This document shows positions 57,158 to 64,000 of a stretch of DNA of 64,000 nucleotides, in pieces. The translations under genes were made by a program, and so were the position numbers. The notes under the pieces are model-generated. The model was not told the origin of the DNA and did no database searches. It saw only the letters and a list, made by a program, of their open reading frames with translations. Position 1 is the stretch's first letter. Every line of letters begins with the position of its first letter. Source of the DNA: an uncultured Rhodospirillaceae bacterium (lineage in GTDB: Bacteria; Pseudomonadota; Alphaproteobacteria; Micavibrionales; UBA2020); the NCBI GenBank assembly GCA_964458415.1, contig CAYWIT010000008.1:1108-65107 (forward strand), given 5' to 3'.

Positions 57158-58588
57158 TTATGTAGCATTTTTTCCCGCTCGTTGCAAGCCATTGGATTGT
57201 CCGGCGTGTTGCAGTGCCCGCATCCATCCGGCAGCGATTTTGCGGACTGCGCGTCGTCGGTTGACTTCAGTGCCGCTATTTTTCTCCTGTTTTGCCTGCG
57301 CGCGTTTTTCTGCGCTCCAGCGACGAATTTTTTCCGTCTTCGGATGTCCATCGTCAGACGTATGCATGACGGCATGATTTTCGCGGCGCAATAGCCGTTC
57401 GATCTGGTCGCAGAAGGTAGACTTCTGCCCCGTGGGAAGGGAGGCAAGAACTTTGGCGAAAACATCCTCAACTGTCAGGGGGCTCTTGTTATCCTGTGCG
57501 TAAATGCGCCAGAACAACCCGTTATGCGCCAGTGTGTTTCGTATATTGTGCAAATCGGCGTCTTGAATTTTCTCTCCTTTTTTATCCTTCGGCGCGAAAT
57601 CGATATAGTGATGGATGACAGCACCTATGTGCATGGTAAGCATGTAAAGGGGTTCAATGTCGTGCCGAAAGCTGGGTTTTTCCGCATGGTCTGCTGTATA
57701 GATGAGGGCGCGGCTTTTTTTCTGCAGGGGGAGGCCAAGGCATTCGAAAATTGCGCGCAGGTTCTGTGGACCGATAAAGTCATAGCGGCGTTTGAACTGA
57801 AATTCACGATAATCCGTGGGCGATATGCCGAGCGCCCTGTATGACTTGAGCCAGATCGCGGTGTTGTCGGCATCTGTCGCAAGCGCCTTACGGCGTGTTT
57901 TTCCAATCCTCGCGCGTTTTCGTTCCTCCGAAAACATAAGGCGACGGCTCTCGGCGTTTTCCTGCCTGCACCATTCGAAGAGTGTGTGCATGCCGTCAGC
58001 CGCTGCCTGCGCCGTCTTTTCTTTTACGGAGCGGGCTCTCATTTCTAACATGTTGCATATTCCCGGTAAAAGCAGGATGCTAAGCGCTTCGAGCACTTTT
58101 GTATTTTTCTGCGCGTTGAAAGTCTCTCGCTTTCTTTTCCTCTCTGCGTAATGCTCAAGATAATGACGTTTGTCTATCAAGATCTCTATGGCGTCGTTGA
58201 ACTGCTCAAACCGCCAGAAAATACCATGCTGCTGCTTGAAACCATCAGCAAATATTTTTTGCAAGCTTTCGTCCTCTTGCAGTTTCCGCAACAGGGAAAG
58301 GAATCCTTTGTGAAAGATGTCCGTGGTTTTCGTGTGTCGGCACTTCGGGTCAAGAACTGCACTGCGAAAGTGGGCTTTGTTTTTTGGGATGGCCTTTTTG
58401 GCAATACTAAACATTTTTTTGCGGCGGGCCATGGCGCTGCGTGGGAAACCCTGCCAGAACAAAGTTTGCGCATGGGTGCCTGCCAGACGGATAAAGAACA
58501 GCAAGTCCGAGCGGAATACATGATTTTCTTCCAGAGAGGAAAGGTCGATATCTTGCGGTTTCAGGCAATGCGGAACAATTTTTTTCAT
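57158..58588 (-). CDS. candidate miniature single-effector CRISPR RNase: 476-aa basic protein with two HEPN-type R-x4-H motifs (Cas13-like / type VI-like)
   Basis: This is the only ORF between the array and the housekeeping genes. It carries RHYLEH (aa 141-146) and RNTLAH (aa 350-355), both fitting the R[NHQ]xxxH form used by Cas13 HEPN sites. It has several Arg/Lys patches (ERKRKRE, EERKRARIGKTRRK, RRWSAEKRAQAKQEK...NRRRAVRK). The array lies 86 bp downstream on the same strand. The ATG overlaps the stop of the upstream gene (TAATG). No overall family recognised by eye. Confidence 0.65.
   Translation of the reverse strand: MKKIVPHCLKPQDIDLSSLEENHVFRSDLLFFIRLAGTHAQTLFWQGFPRSAMARRKKMFSIAKKAIPKNKAHFRSAVLDPKCRHTKTTDIFHKGFLSLLRKLQEDESLQKIFADGFKQQHGIFWRFEQFNDAIEILIDKRHYLEHYAERKRKRETFNAQKNTKVLEALSILLLPGICNMLEMRARSVKEKTAQAAADGMHTLFEWCRQENAESRRLMFSEERKRARIGKTRRKALATDADNTAIWLKSYRALGISPTDYREFQFKRRYDFIGPQNLRAIFECLGLPLQKKSRALIYTADHAEKPSFRHDIEPLYMLTMHIGAVIHHYIDFAPKDKKGEKIQDADLHNIRNTLAHNGLFWRIYAQDNKSPLTVEDVFAKVLASLPTGQKSTFCDQIERLLRRENHAVMHTSDDGHPKTEKIRRWSAEKRAQAKQEKNSGTEVNRRRAVRKIAAGWMRALQHAGQSNGLQRAGKNAT
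57524..57541 (-). other. HEPN-type motif 2 (R350-N-T-L-A-H355)
   Basis: The complement of 57524..57541 reads CGA AAC ACA CTG GCG CAT. Local context: DLHNIRNTLAHNGLFW. Confidence 0.6.
58151..58168 (-). other. HEPN-type motif 1 (R141-H-Y-L-E-H146)
   Basis: The complement of 58151..58168 reads CGT CAT TAT CTT GAG CAT. Confidence 0.6.
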
Positions 58589-59883
58589 TACAACGTATCG
58601 CGCAGTCTATACCAGAGCATTCCCAGCACAAACAAGGGCTGTTTCAGCAGGTTGCCTCCCGGAAACGGCGCATGTTTAATGCCGGCAAAAACGTCAAACC
58701 GTTCCGCCGTGCCGCTGACGGCTTCGGCAAGGACTTTTCCGAGGATATTGGTGGCGACGACGCCATGTCCGCCAAAGCCGTGGGCAAAATAGACCTGCGG
58801 TGTTATGCGGCCGAGGTGGGGCATGCGGTTGATGGTAAATTCGATGGGCCCACACCAGCAGTGGTCAATACGCGTCATGGCCAGCGCCGGAAAGAGTTCA
58901 ACCATGCGTTTGCGCAAGCGGGTGTCCTCACCGGGGTAATCCTTGCCGCTATAATTGCAGTTACCGCCAAAGAGAATGCGCTTGTCGGCGGACAGCCGGT
59001 AATAATTCATGATAAAATTCGCATCGATCACGGCGATGTCGCGGCGGAAAATATTTTGCGCCAGACGTTCGCCCAGCGGCTCGGTAGCGATCATATGCGC
59101 GGTGGCCGTAATGGATTTTTTCTGCATGACATCAAGTCCGTTAATGCCGATCGCGCCGGCCAGAATAACGAATTTGGCATTCACAAGGCCGTGCGCTGTT
59201 TTGACTCTGGGCGCAGGGCCGCTTGTATCCAGTGCCGTGGCAGGGCAGCCGTCATAAATTTTACAGCCAAGTTTCTGTGCGGCCTGTGCAATGCCCAGCG
59301 CGTAATTCAGCGGGTGGAAATGCCCTGCTTTCATATCCAGCATGCCGCCTGTATATTTCTCGCAATTGATATAGGCTTGTGTTTCTTTTTGGTCGAGCAG
59401 TTGGAAGTCGTTATGGCCGACGGCTTTCCAGTCATTGATTTCACTTTGCAAGGCGCTGATATGGCCTTGGTTCATGGCGGCAGTTAAATGGCCGAATTTC
59501 AGGTCGCATTGAATGTCATGCTCCATGATCCGGCGCAGGATAAGATCAATGCCTTCCAGCGAGATATCCAGCAGGGTTTTGGCTTGTCCGATGCCAAATT
59601 GGCGGATCAGCGTTGCCGTGTCCATGGCAAACCCGCGCTGCAAATGTCCGCCATTCCGGCCCGAAGCGGAAGAGGCAATAGTGCCGCTTTCCAATAATAT
59701 GACGGAATAACCTTTGCGGGAAAGCTCCAATGCAGCGGAAAGTCCTGTAAAACCGCCGCCAATGATGCAAACATCACAGTTGACCTCGCTCCGGAGGGAG
59801 CCTAGAGTCGCGACAAGGCGATTGGTCGTCAGAGCATACCATGGACTTGTGTATTCTTTTACATTTTCATATTTCTTTGGCAT
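58588..59883 (-). CDS. FAD-dependent oxidoreductase (gamma-glutamylputrescine oxidase PuuB-like)
   Basis: Start at the internal ATG (MPKKYENVKEYTSPWYAL...). CDVCIIGGGFTGLSAALEL dinucleotide-binding motif. The overall pattern resembles E. coli PuuB. The longer track ORF (to 60024) would overlap the divergent gene. Confidence 0.8.
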   Translation of the reverse strand: MPKKYENVKEYTSPWYALTTNRLVATLGSLRSEVNCDVCIIGGGFTGLSAALELSRKGYSVILLESGTIASSASGRNGGHLQRGFAMDTATLIRQFGIGQAKTLLDISLEGIDLILRRIMEHDIQCDLKFGHLTAAMNQGHISALQSEINDWKAVGHNDFQLLDQKETQAYINCEKYTGGMLDMKAGHFHPLNYALGIAQAAQKLGCKIYDGCPATALDTSGPAPRVKTAHGLVNAKFVILAGAIGINGLDVMQKKSITATAHMIATEPLGERLAQNIFRRDIAVIDANFIMNYYRLSADKRILFGGNCNYSGKDYPGEDTRLRKRMVELFPALAMTRIDHCWCGPIEFTINRMPHLGRITPQVYFAHGFGGHGVVATNILGKVLAEAVSGTAERFDVFAGIKHAPFPGGNLLKQPLFVLGMLWYRLRDTL

Positions 59884-59917
59884 GATGACGTTTCCCGCAA
59901 ACGGAGTGGAGTTATTC

Positions 59918-61267
59918 ATGGACAAGCTTGAACAGTTTATCCGAGAACACAAGATAACGGAAGTTGAATGCCTTGTCCCTGATATGTCCGGCGTGGCGCG
60001 GGGCAAGATTTTGCCCGCCGACAAGCTATTACGTATTCTGCGGGAACGTGGAATGCCGTTGCCGGAAAGCGTTTTTGTCCAGACGGTGACGGGGGGTTAT
60101 CCCCTTAACGATGCCGATCTGATCTCGCCTACTTTTGGCGATGTTTATATGGTGCCGGATGTCAAAACAGTCCGGCTGGTGCCGTGGTACAAAGAGCCTA
60201 CGGCGCAGATTATTTGCGATGCTTATAACGCCGATGATACGCCGGTAAATATTTCCAGCCGTTATATCCTGAAAAAAATTGTCTTGGAATATGTCAAACT
60301 TGGTTTGACGCCTGTTGTTGCGCCGGAGCTGGAGTTTTATCTCGTGGCGGTCAATACGGATCCCGATTTGCCGTTGCAACCGCCTGTCGGTCGTTCGGGA
60401 CGGCAGGAAAGCGGGCGTCAGGCCTATGGCATTGATGCGGTCAATGAATTTGATCCGATTTTTGAAGATGTCTATGATTATTGCGAATTGCAGAACGTGG
60501 ATATTGACACCTTAAGTCATGAAGCGGGCGCGGCACAGATCGAAGTCAACTTCAATCATGGTGATCCTGTCGAGTTGGCGGATCAGGCTTTTCTGTTCAA
60601 GCGCACGACGCGTGAAGTGGCGATCCGTCACGGTGTTTATGCGACCTTTATGGCGCAGCCGATGCGGACCGAGCCCGGCAGCGCCATGCATATCCACCAG
60701 AGTCTTGTTGATATAAAAACCGGAAAAAATGCCTTTGCGAATGACGATGGCAGCGATACGGAATTATTCCGCCATTATATCGGCGGGTTGCAAAAATATC
60801 TGCCGTTCGCTTTTCCGCTATTTGCGCCGAACGTCAATTCCTATCGCCGTTTCGGGCATAAGGAAACGGATTCTCCTGTCAACGTCGAATGGGGCATCGA
60901 CAATCGCACGGCAGGCCTGCGCGTTCCTGTGGCCAAACCGGAAAACCGCCGCGTGGAAAACCGGTTGCCCGGCGCGGACGGCAATCCTTATCTTTCGATT
61001 GCGGCTACGCTGGCCTGCGGGCTTCTGGGGATCATGGAAAAGGTCGAACCGAGCGAGCAGATTAAAGGCAATGCCTATAAGAAAGGCCATACTTTGCCCT
61101 ATCAGCTGACGGATGCGCTGAAGCTGATGCTGGATTGCAAGCCGTTGCAGGAGGTGCTGGGCCCGCATTTTGTCAAGACGCTGGCGTCGATCAAGGAGAC
61201 GGAGTTCAAGGCCTATAACGCTGTGATCTCTTCATGGGAACGCGAGAATCTGCTGTTGAATGTCTGA
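59918..61267 (+). CDS. glutamine synthetase family protein (gamma-glutamylpolyamine synthetase PuuA-like)
   Basis: Start at the ATG at 59918 (MDKLEQFIREHKITEVECLVPDMSGVARGK), after GGAGTGGAG. GS catalytic motifs (PELEFYL, HEAGAAQIEVNF, GSAMHIHQSL, NSYRRF, NRTAGLRVP, ENRLPGADGNPYL). Confidence 0.8.
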   Translation: MDKLEQFIREHKITEVECLVPDMSGVARGKILPADKLLRILRERGMPLPESVFVQTVTGGYPLNDADLISPTFGDVYMVPDVKTVRLVPWYKEPTAQIICDAYNADDTPVNISSRYILKKIVLEYVKLGLTPVVAPELEFYLVAVNTDPDLPLQPPVGRSGRQESGRQAYGIDAVNEFDPIFEDVYDYCELQNVDIDTLSHEAGAAQIEVNFNHGDPVELADQAFLFKRTTREVAIRHGVYATFMAQPMRTEPGSAMHIHQSLVDIKTGKNAFANDDGSDTELFRHYIGGLQKYLPFAFPLFAPNVNSYRRFGHKETDSPVNVEWGIDNRTAGLRVPVAKPENRRVENRLPGADGNPYLSIAATLACGLLGIMEKVEPSEQIKGNAYKKGHTLPYQLTDALKLMLDCKPLQEVLGPHFVKTLASIKETEFKAYNAVISSWERENLLLNV

Positions 61268-61904
61268 TCTGGCGAAAGGATGGACGCCTTTGCATCAGGC
61301 CGCGCTGGAGGAAGCGCAGGGCAGGGATGTTGCCGCTATCGTCGCGCAATTGCTGCAAGCCGGAGCTGATCCGCACAGGGAAGATGCCGCAGGGGAAACG
61401 CCATTCAACATCGCGGCGCCTGCATCTCCCGTTACAGGGCGTCTGATGACGCTGCACTGGCTTGAATCCGCCCTGTCAGGGCAGGGAAGCAAGCGGCTGA
61501 ATGACCTTTCAGGTTCACATGGATCGACATTGGCGCAATATATGGCCAAATGGCTGAACGATGAAGAAATCGACGGCTGCATTGAATCGGGTATCCGCGC
61601 TGGACTGAAGGTGGATGTGCCGAATAAAAGTGGCTGGACACCACTCGCGGCAGCGGCGGCAATGGGGCGCATTAGTGCCGTCGGCGCCTTGCTGCGGCAC
61701 TATACAAAAGAGTCGGTTTTACTGAAGACCGTTGAAAGTTACAGCGCGGACTATGGCAGCGGACGCCGCGTGGTTTATCCGGCAGGCATGACATCGGCGC
61801 AAATTTCCCATGCCAGACTGGAGCAGGACAAAGGCCTGTCCATCACCGCGCAGGGTGACCTTGCAAGGGTTGCTGCCGCCATTCTGCTTTTTATTGCGGA
61901 TTGA
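61260..61904 (+). CDS. ankyrin-repeat protein
   Basis: 214 aa. GWTPLHQAALE...VAQLLQAGADPHREDAAGETPFNIA and SGWTPLAAAAAMGRISAVGALL repeats. The start overlaps the upstream stop by 8 nt (ATGTCTGA). Confidence 0.75.
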   Translation: MSDLAKGWTPLHQAALEEAQGRDVAAIVAQLLQAGADPHREDAAGETPFNIAAPASPVTGRLMTLHWLESALSGQGSKRLNDLSGSHGSTLAQYMAKWLNDEEIDGCIESGIRAGLKVDVPNKSGWTPLAAAAAMGRISAVGALLRHYTKESVLLKTVESYSADYGSGRRVVYPAGMTSAQISHARLEQDKGLSITAQGDLARVAAAILLFIAD

Positions 61905-62148
61905 TTTTTGCCAGAAGTATATGGGGGATGACCAGAAAGTCGAGCAGGCCGACGGTAAAAATAGCGCCGCCTGCAATTCGTACGGTCAGGCTATCGGAAA
62001 TACCGGCCAAGCTGGCAATGTCACCCAGATTGAAGCCAATGGCCGTGCCAAGAAGCATAAGAGCAGCACCGGAAGCACGAACGATGCTGAAGATCAGCGC
62101 AGCGCTCTTTTTCCGCGCCGCGGCTGATATCTGTTCCTCACTATCCAT
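61891..62148 (-). CDS. hypothetical small membrane protein (85 aa, 2 predicted TM segments)
   Basis: The start lies 6 nt after the clpX stop on the same strand. Two hydrophobic segments. No SD sequence, so the call is tentative. Confidence 0.35.
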   Translation of the reverse strand: MDSEEQISAAARKKSAALIFSIVRASGAALMLLGTAIGFNLGDIASLAGISDSLTVRIAGGAIFTVGLLDFLVIPHILLAKINPQ

Positions 62149-62154
62149 GGAGGA

Positions 62155-63468
62155 TCAAGCCTTGGCTTCGGCAGGAGCAGCTTCTTCTTCGGCTTCTTTT
62201 TTCTTTTTCTTGTCGGCAGCCTTTTTCTTTTCAGAGTAAATGATAATCGGCTGGGTTCCGGCGGTAATGTTTTCTGCCTTGATGACAACTTCTTCGGCGC
62301 CTTCCAGTCCGGGGAGTTCGAACATGGTTTCCAGCAACAGCGTCTCCAGAATAGAGCGCAGGCCGCGGGCGCCGGTATTGCGTTCAATCGCGCGTTTGGC
62401 GATTTCACGAAGCGCGTCGTCCTGGAAGGTCAGCTTGACGCCTTCAATATCGAACAGTCGGCCATATTGCTTTGTCAGCGCATTTTTGGGCTCTGTCAGG
62501 ATTTTGATAAGTGTCTCTTCATCCAGGTCGTCCAGTGTCGCCACGATAGGGAGTCGGCCGACAAATTCGGGAATGAGGCCGAATTTGAGAAGATCTTCAG
62601 TCTGGACTTCTTTCAGGACTTCGCCGGGGCGGCGTTCATCCGGTCCTTGCACGTTTGCACCGAAGCCGATGGAAGATTTGCGGCCACGGGCAGAAATGAT
62701 TTTATCCAGTCCGGCAAAGGCGCCGCCACAGATAAACAGGATATTGGTGGTATCAACCTGCAGGAATTCCTGCTGCGGATGCTTGCGTCCGCCCTGTGGA
62801 GGAACGCTGGCCAGCGTTCCTTCCATGAGTTTCAGCAGAGCCTGCTGCACGCCTTCGCCCGAAACGTCGCGGGTGATGGACGGATTATCCGATTTGCGGC
62901 TGATTTTATCAACTTCGTCGATGTAAACAATGCCGCGCTGGGCGCGTTCAATGTTGTAATCACAGTTCTGGAGCAGTTTAAGAACGATATTCTCAACGTC
63001 TTCGCCGACATAGCCTGCTTCGGTCAGGGTCGTGGCGTCGGTCATGGTAAAGGGAACGTCGATAATCCGCGCCAGCGTCTGGGCGAGGAGCGTTTTACCG
63101 CTACCTGTCGGGCCGATCAGCATGATGTTGGATTTGGACAGCTCGATGTCGCTGGCTTTGGCCAGGCCTTCATCAATGCGCTTGTAATGGTTATGCACAG
63201 CAACGGAAAGAACGCGCTTGGCGCGATGCTGACCAATGACGTAATCGTCAAGAACGGCCTTGATTTCGCGTGGAGTCGGGATTCCCTTGCCGGACTTGAC
63301 CAGATGGCTTTTATCTTCCTCCTGGATAATATCCATGCAAAGCTCGACGCATTCATTGCAAATGAAGACGTTGGGGCCCGCGATCAGTTTGCGAACCTCA
63401 TGCTGACTCTTTCCGCAGAAAGAGCAGTAGAGCGTATTTTTGGAATCCCCCGAACCCGTCTTGCTCAT
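62155..63468 (-). CDS. clpX: ATP-dependent Clp protease ATP-binding subunit ClpX
   Basis: 437 aa. Zinc-binding N-domain ([29 protein letters not shown]), Walker A ([11 protein letters not shown]), Walker B (IVYIDEVDK). Lys-rich C-terminal tail. Confidence 0.95.
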   Translation of the reverse strand: MSKTGSGDSKNTLYCSFCGKSQHEVRKLIAGPNVFICNECVELCMDIIQEEDKSHLVKSGKGIPTPREIKAVLDDYVIGQHRAKRVLSVAVHNHYKRIDEGLAKASDIELSKSNIMLIGPTGSGKTLLAQTLARIIDVPFTMTDATTLTEAGYVGEDVENIVLKLLQNCDYNIERAQRGIVYIDEVDKISRKSDNPSITRDVSGEGVQQALLKLMEGTLASVPPQGGRKHPQQEFLQVDTTNILFICGGAFAGLDKIISARGRKSSIGFGANVQGPDERRPGEVLKEVQTEDLLKFGLIPEFVGRLPIVATLDDLDEETLIKILTEPKNALTKQYGRLFDIEGVKLTFQDDALREIAKRAIERNTGARGLRSILETLLLETMFELPGLEGAEEVVIKAENITAGTQPIIIYSEKKKAADKKKKKEAEEEAAPAEAKA

Positions 63469-63600
63469 TATTTTTCCTTTCGTATCTCCGAGCCTCTCGT
63501 ACTAAACTTGAGGATAGAACAATCAGCAGGAATTCTCAACTATGGCTTTTCCTGTCATATGGTTTATTTTAGCAGTGGGCGGGGTTAATAAAGCGTTAGC

Positions 63601-64000
63601 ATGAATATGGATATGGGTATTGACGAAATTGTGGACAACTTTTCCCTCTTTGACGACTGGGAAGAGCGTTATCGCTATTTGATCGATCTGGGCAGGGAGT
63701 TGCCCTTCATGGATGAGTCGCTTAAAACCGAGGAAACACGGGTGCGGGGGTGTCTTAGTCAGGTCTGGATGGTGTTGGGATGGAGCGCAGACGGGCGCTT
63801 GAAGATGATCGCTGACAGCGATGCCCAGATTGTACGGGGGCTGATTGCCGTATTACAGGCTATTTTTTCCGGTCGAACACGCGAGGAAATCACCGCCGTG
63901 AATGTCGAAGACATTTTCGGACGCCTCGGCCTTGACCAGCATTTAAGCCCGAACCGTCGGAACGGTTTTTTTTCAATGGTGGAACGGGTGCGCGCTTTTA
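63601..64000 (+). CDS. sufE: cysteine desulfuration protein SufE (3' end beyond the window)
   Basis: Own translation: MNMDMGIDEIVDNFSLFDDWEERYRYLIDLGRELPFMDESLKTEETRVRGCLSQVWMV...SDAQIVRGLIAVL...HLSPNRRNGFFSMVERVRAF. SufE signature with the active-site Cys in RVRGC. No stop within the window. Confidence 0.8.
   Translation, partial: MNMDMGIDEIVDNFSLFDDWEERYRYLIDLGRELPFMDESLKTEETRVRGCLSQVWMVLGWSADGRLKMIADSDAQIVRGLIAVLQAIFSGRTREEITAVNVEDIFGRLGLDQHLSPNRRNGFFSMVERVRAF

Noticed and set aside
56516-57377. Three track ORFs (56516..57115 minus, 56631..57377 plus, 56666..56950 plus) with periodic peptide repeats such as LPYPPKLRGTVT and VTVPRNLGGYGN.
   Set aside because: The periodicity is just the 36-nt CRISPR repeat translated every 66 nt (22 codons). 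These are array read-through artefacts, not repeat proteins.

Overview
This 64-kb window looks like a chromosomal segment of an alphaproteobacterium. The basis is gene content and synteny: argS-SPOR-nagZ-scpA-scpB-tatABC-serS-surE-pcm-nlpD, glnB-glnA, tig-clpP-lon, an rpoH sigma-32 gene, carD/cdnL-fdxA and smc. The window is densely coded, mostly by housekeeping genes. It holds three tRNAs (His-GTG, Leu-TAG, Val-TAC), several hairpin terminators, and a few lineage-specific secreted or repeat proteins.

The stand-out feature is a roughly 1.9-kb accessory insert at 56706..58588. It contains a perfectly regular CRISPR array of six identical 36-nt repeats and five 30-nt spacers. The array lies 86 bp downstream of a single 476-aa basic protein that carries two R-x4-H (HEPN-type) motifs, RHYLEH and RNTLAH. 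No cas1, cas2 or other cas gene is present anywhere in the window. I read this as a candidate ultra-compact, single-effector, RNA-targeting (type VI / Cas13-like) CRISPR system. The effector is well below the size of canonical Cas13 proteins. Its start codon overlaps the stop codon of a housekeeping-type FAD oxidoreductase gene by 1 nt (TAATG).

Secondary curiosities:
- An extra catalytically intact ClpP paralogue with a long C-terminal tail sits between tig and clpP, while clpX is unlinked.
- The CarD/CdnL protein has a histone-H1-like Lys/Ala-rich N-terminal extension.
- ScpB has a poly-acidic tail.
- A 723-aa secreted protein carries thrombospondin-type-3-like Asp repeats.
- MsrB carries a Tat signal.
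- An ankyrin-repeat gene is translationally coupled to a glutamine-synthetase-family gene.
- glnB is preceded by a sigma-54-type promoter with upstream dyads.

All functional calls rest on my own recognition of motifs in the translated ORFs. No database search was run.
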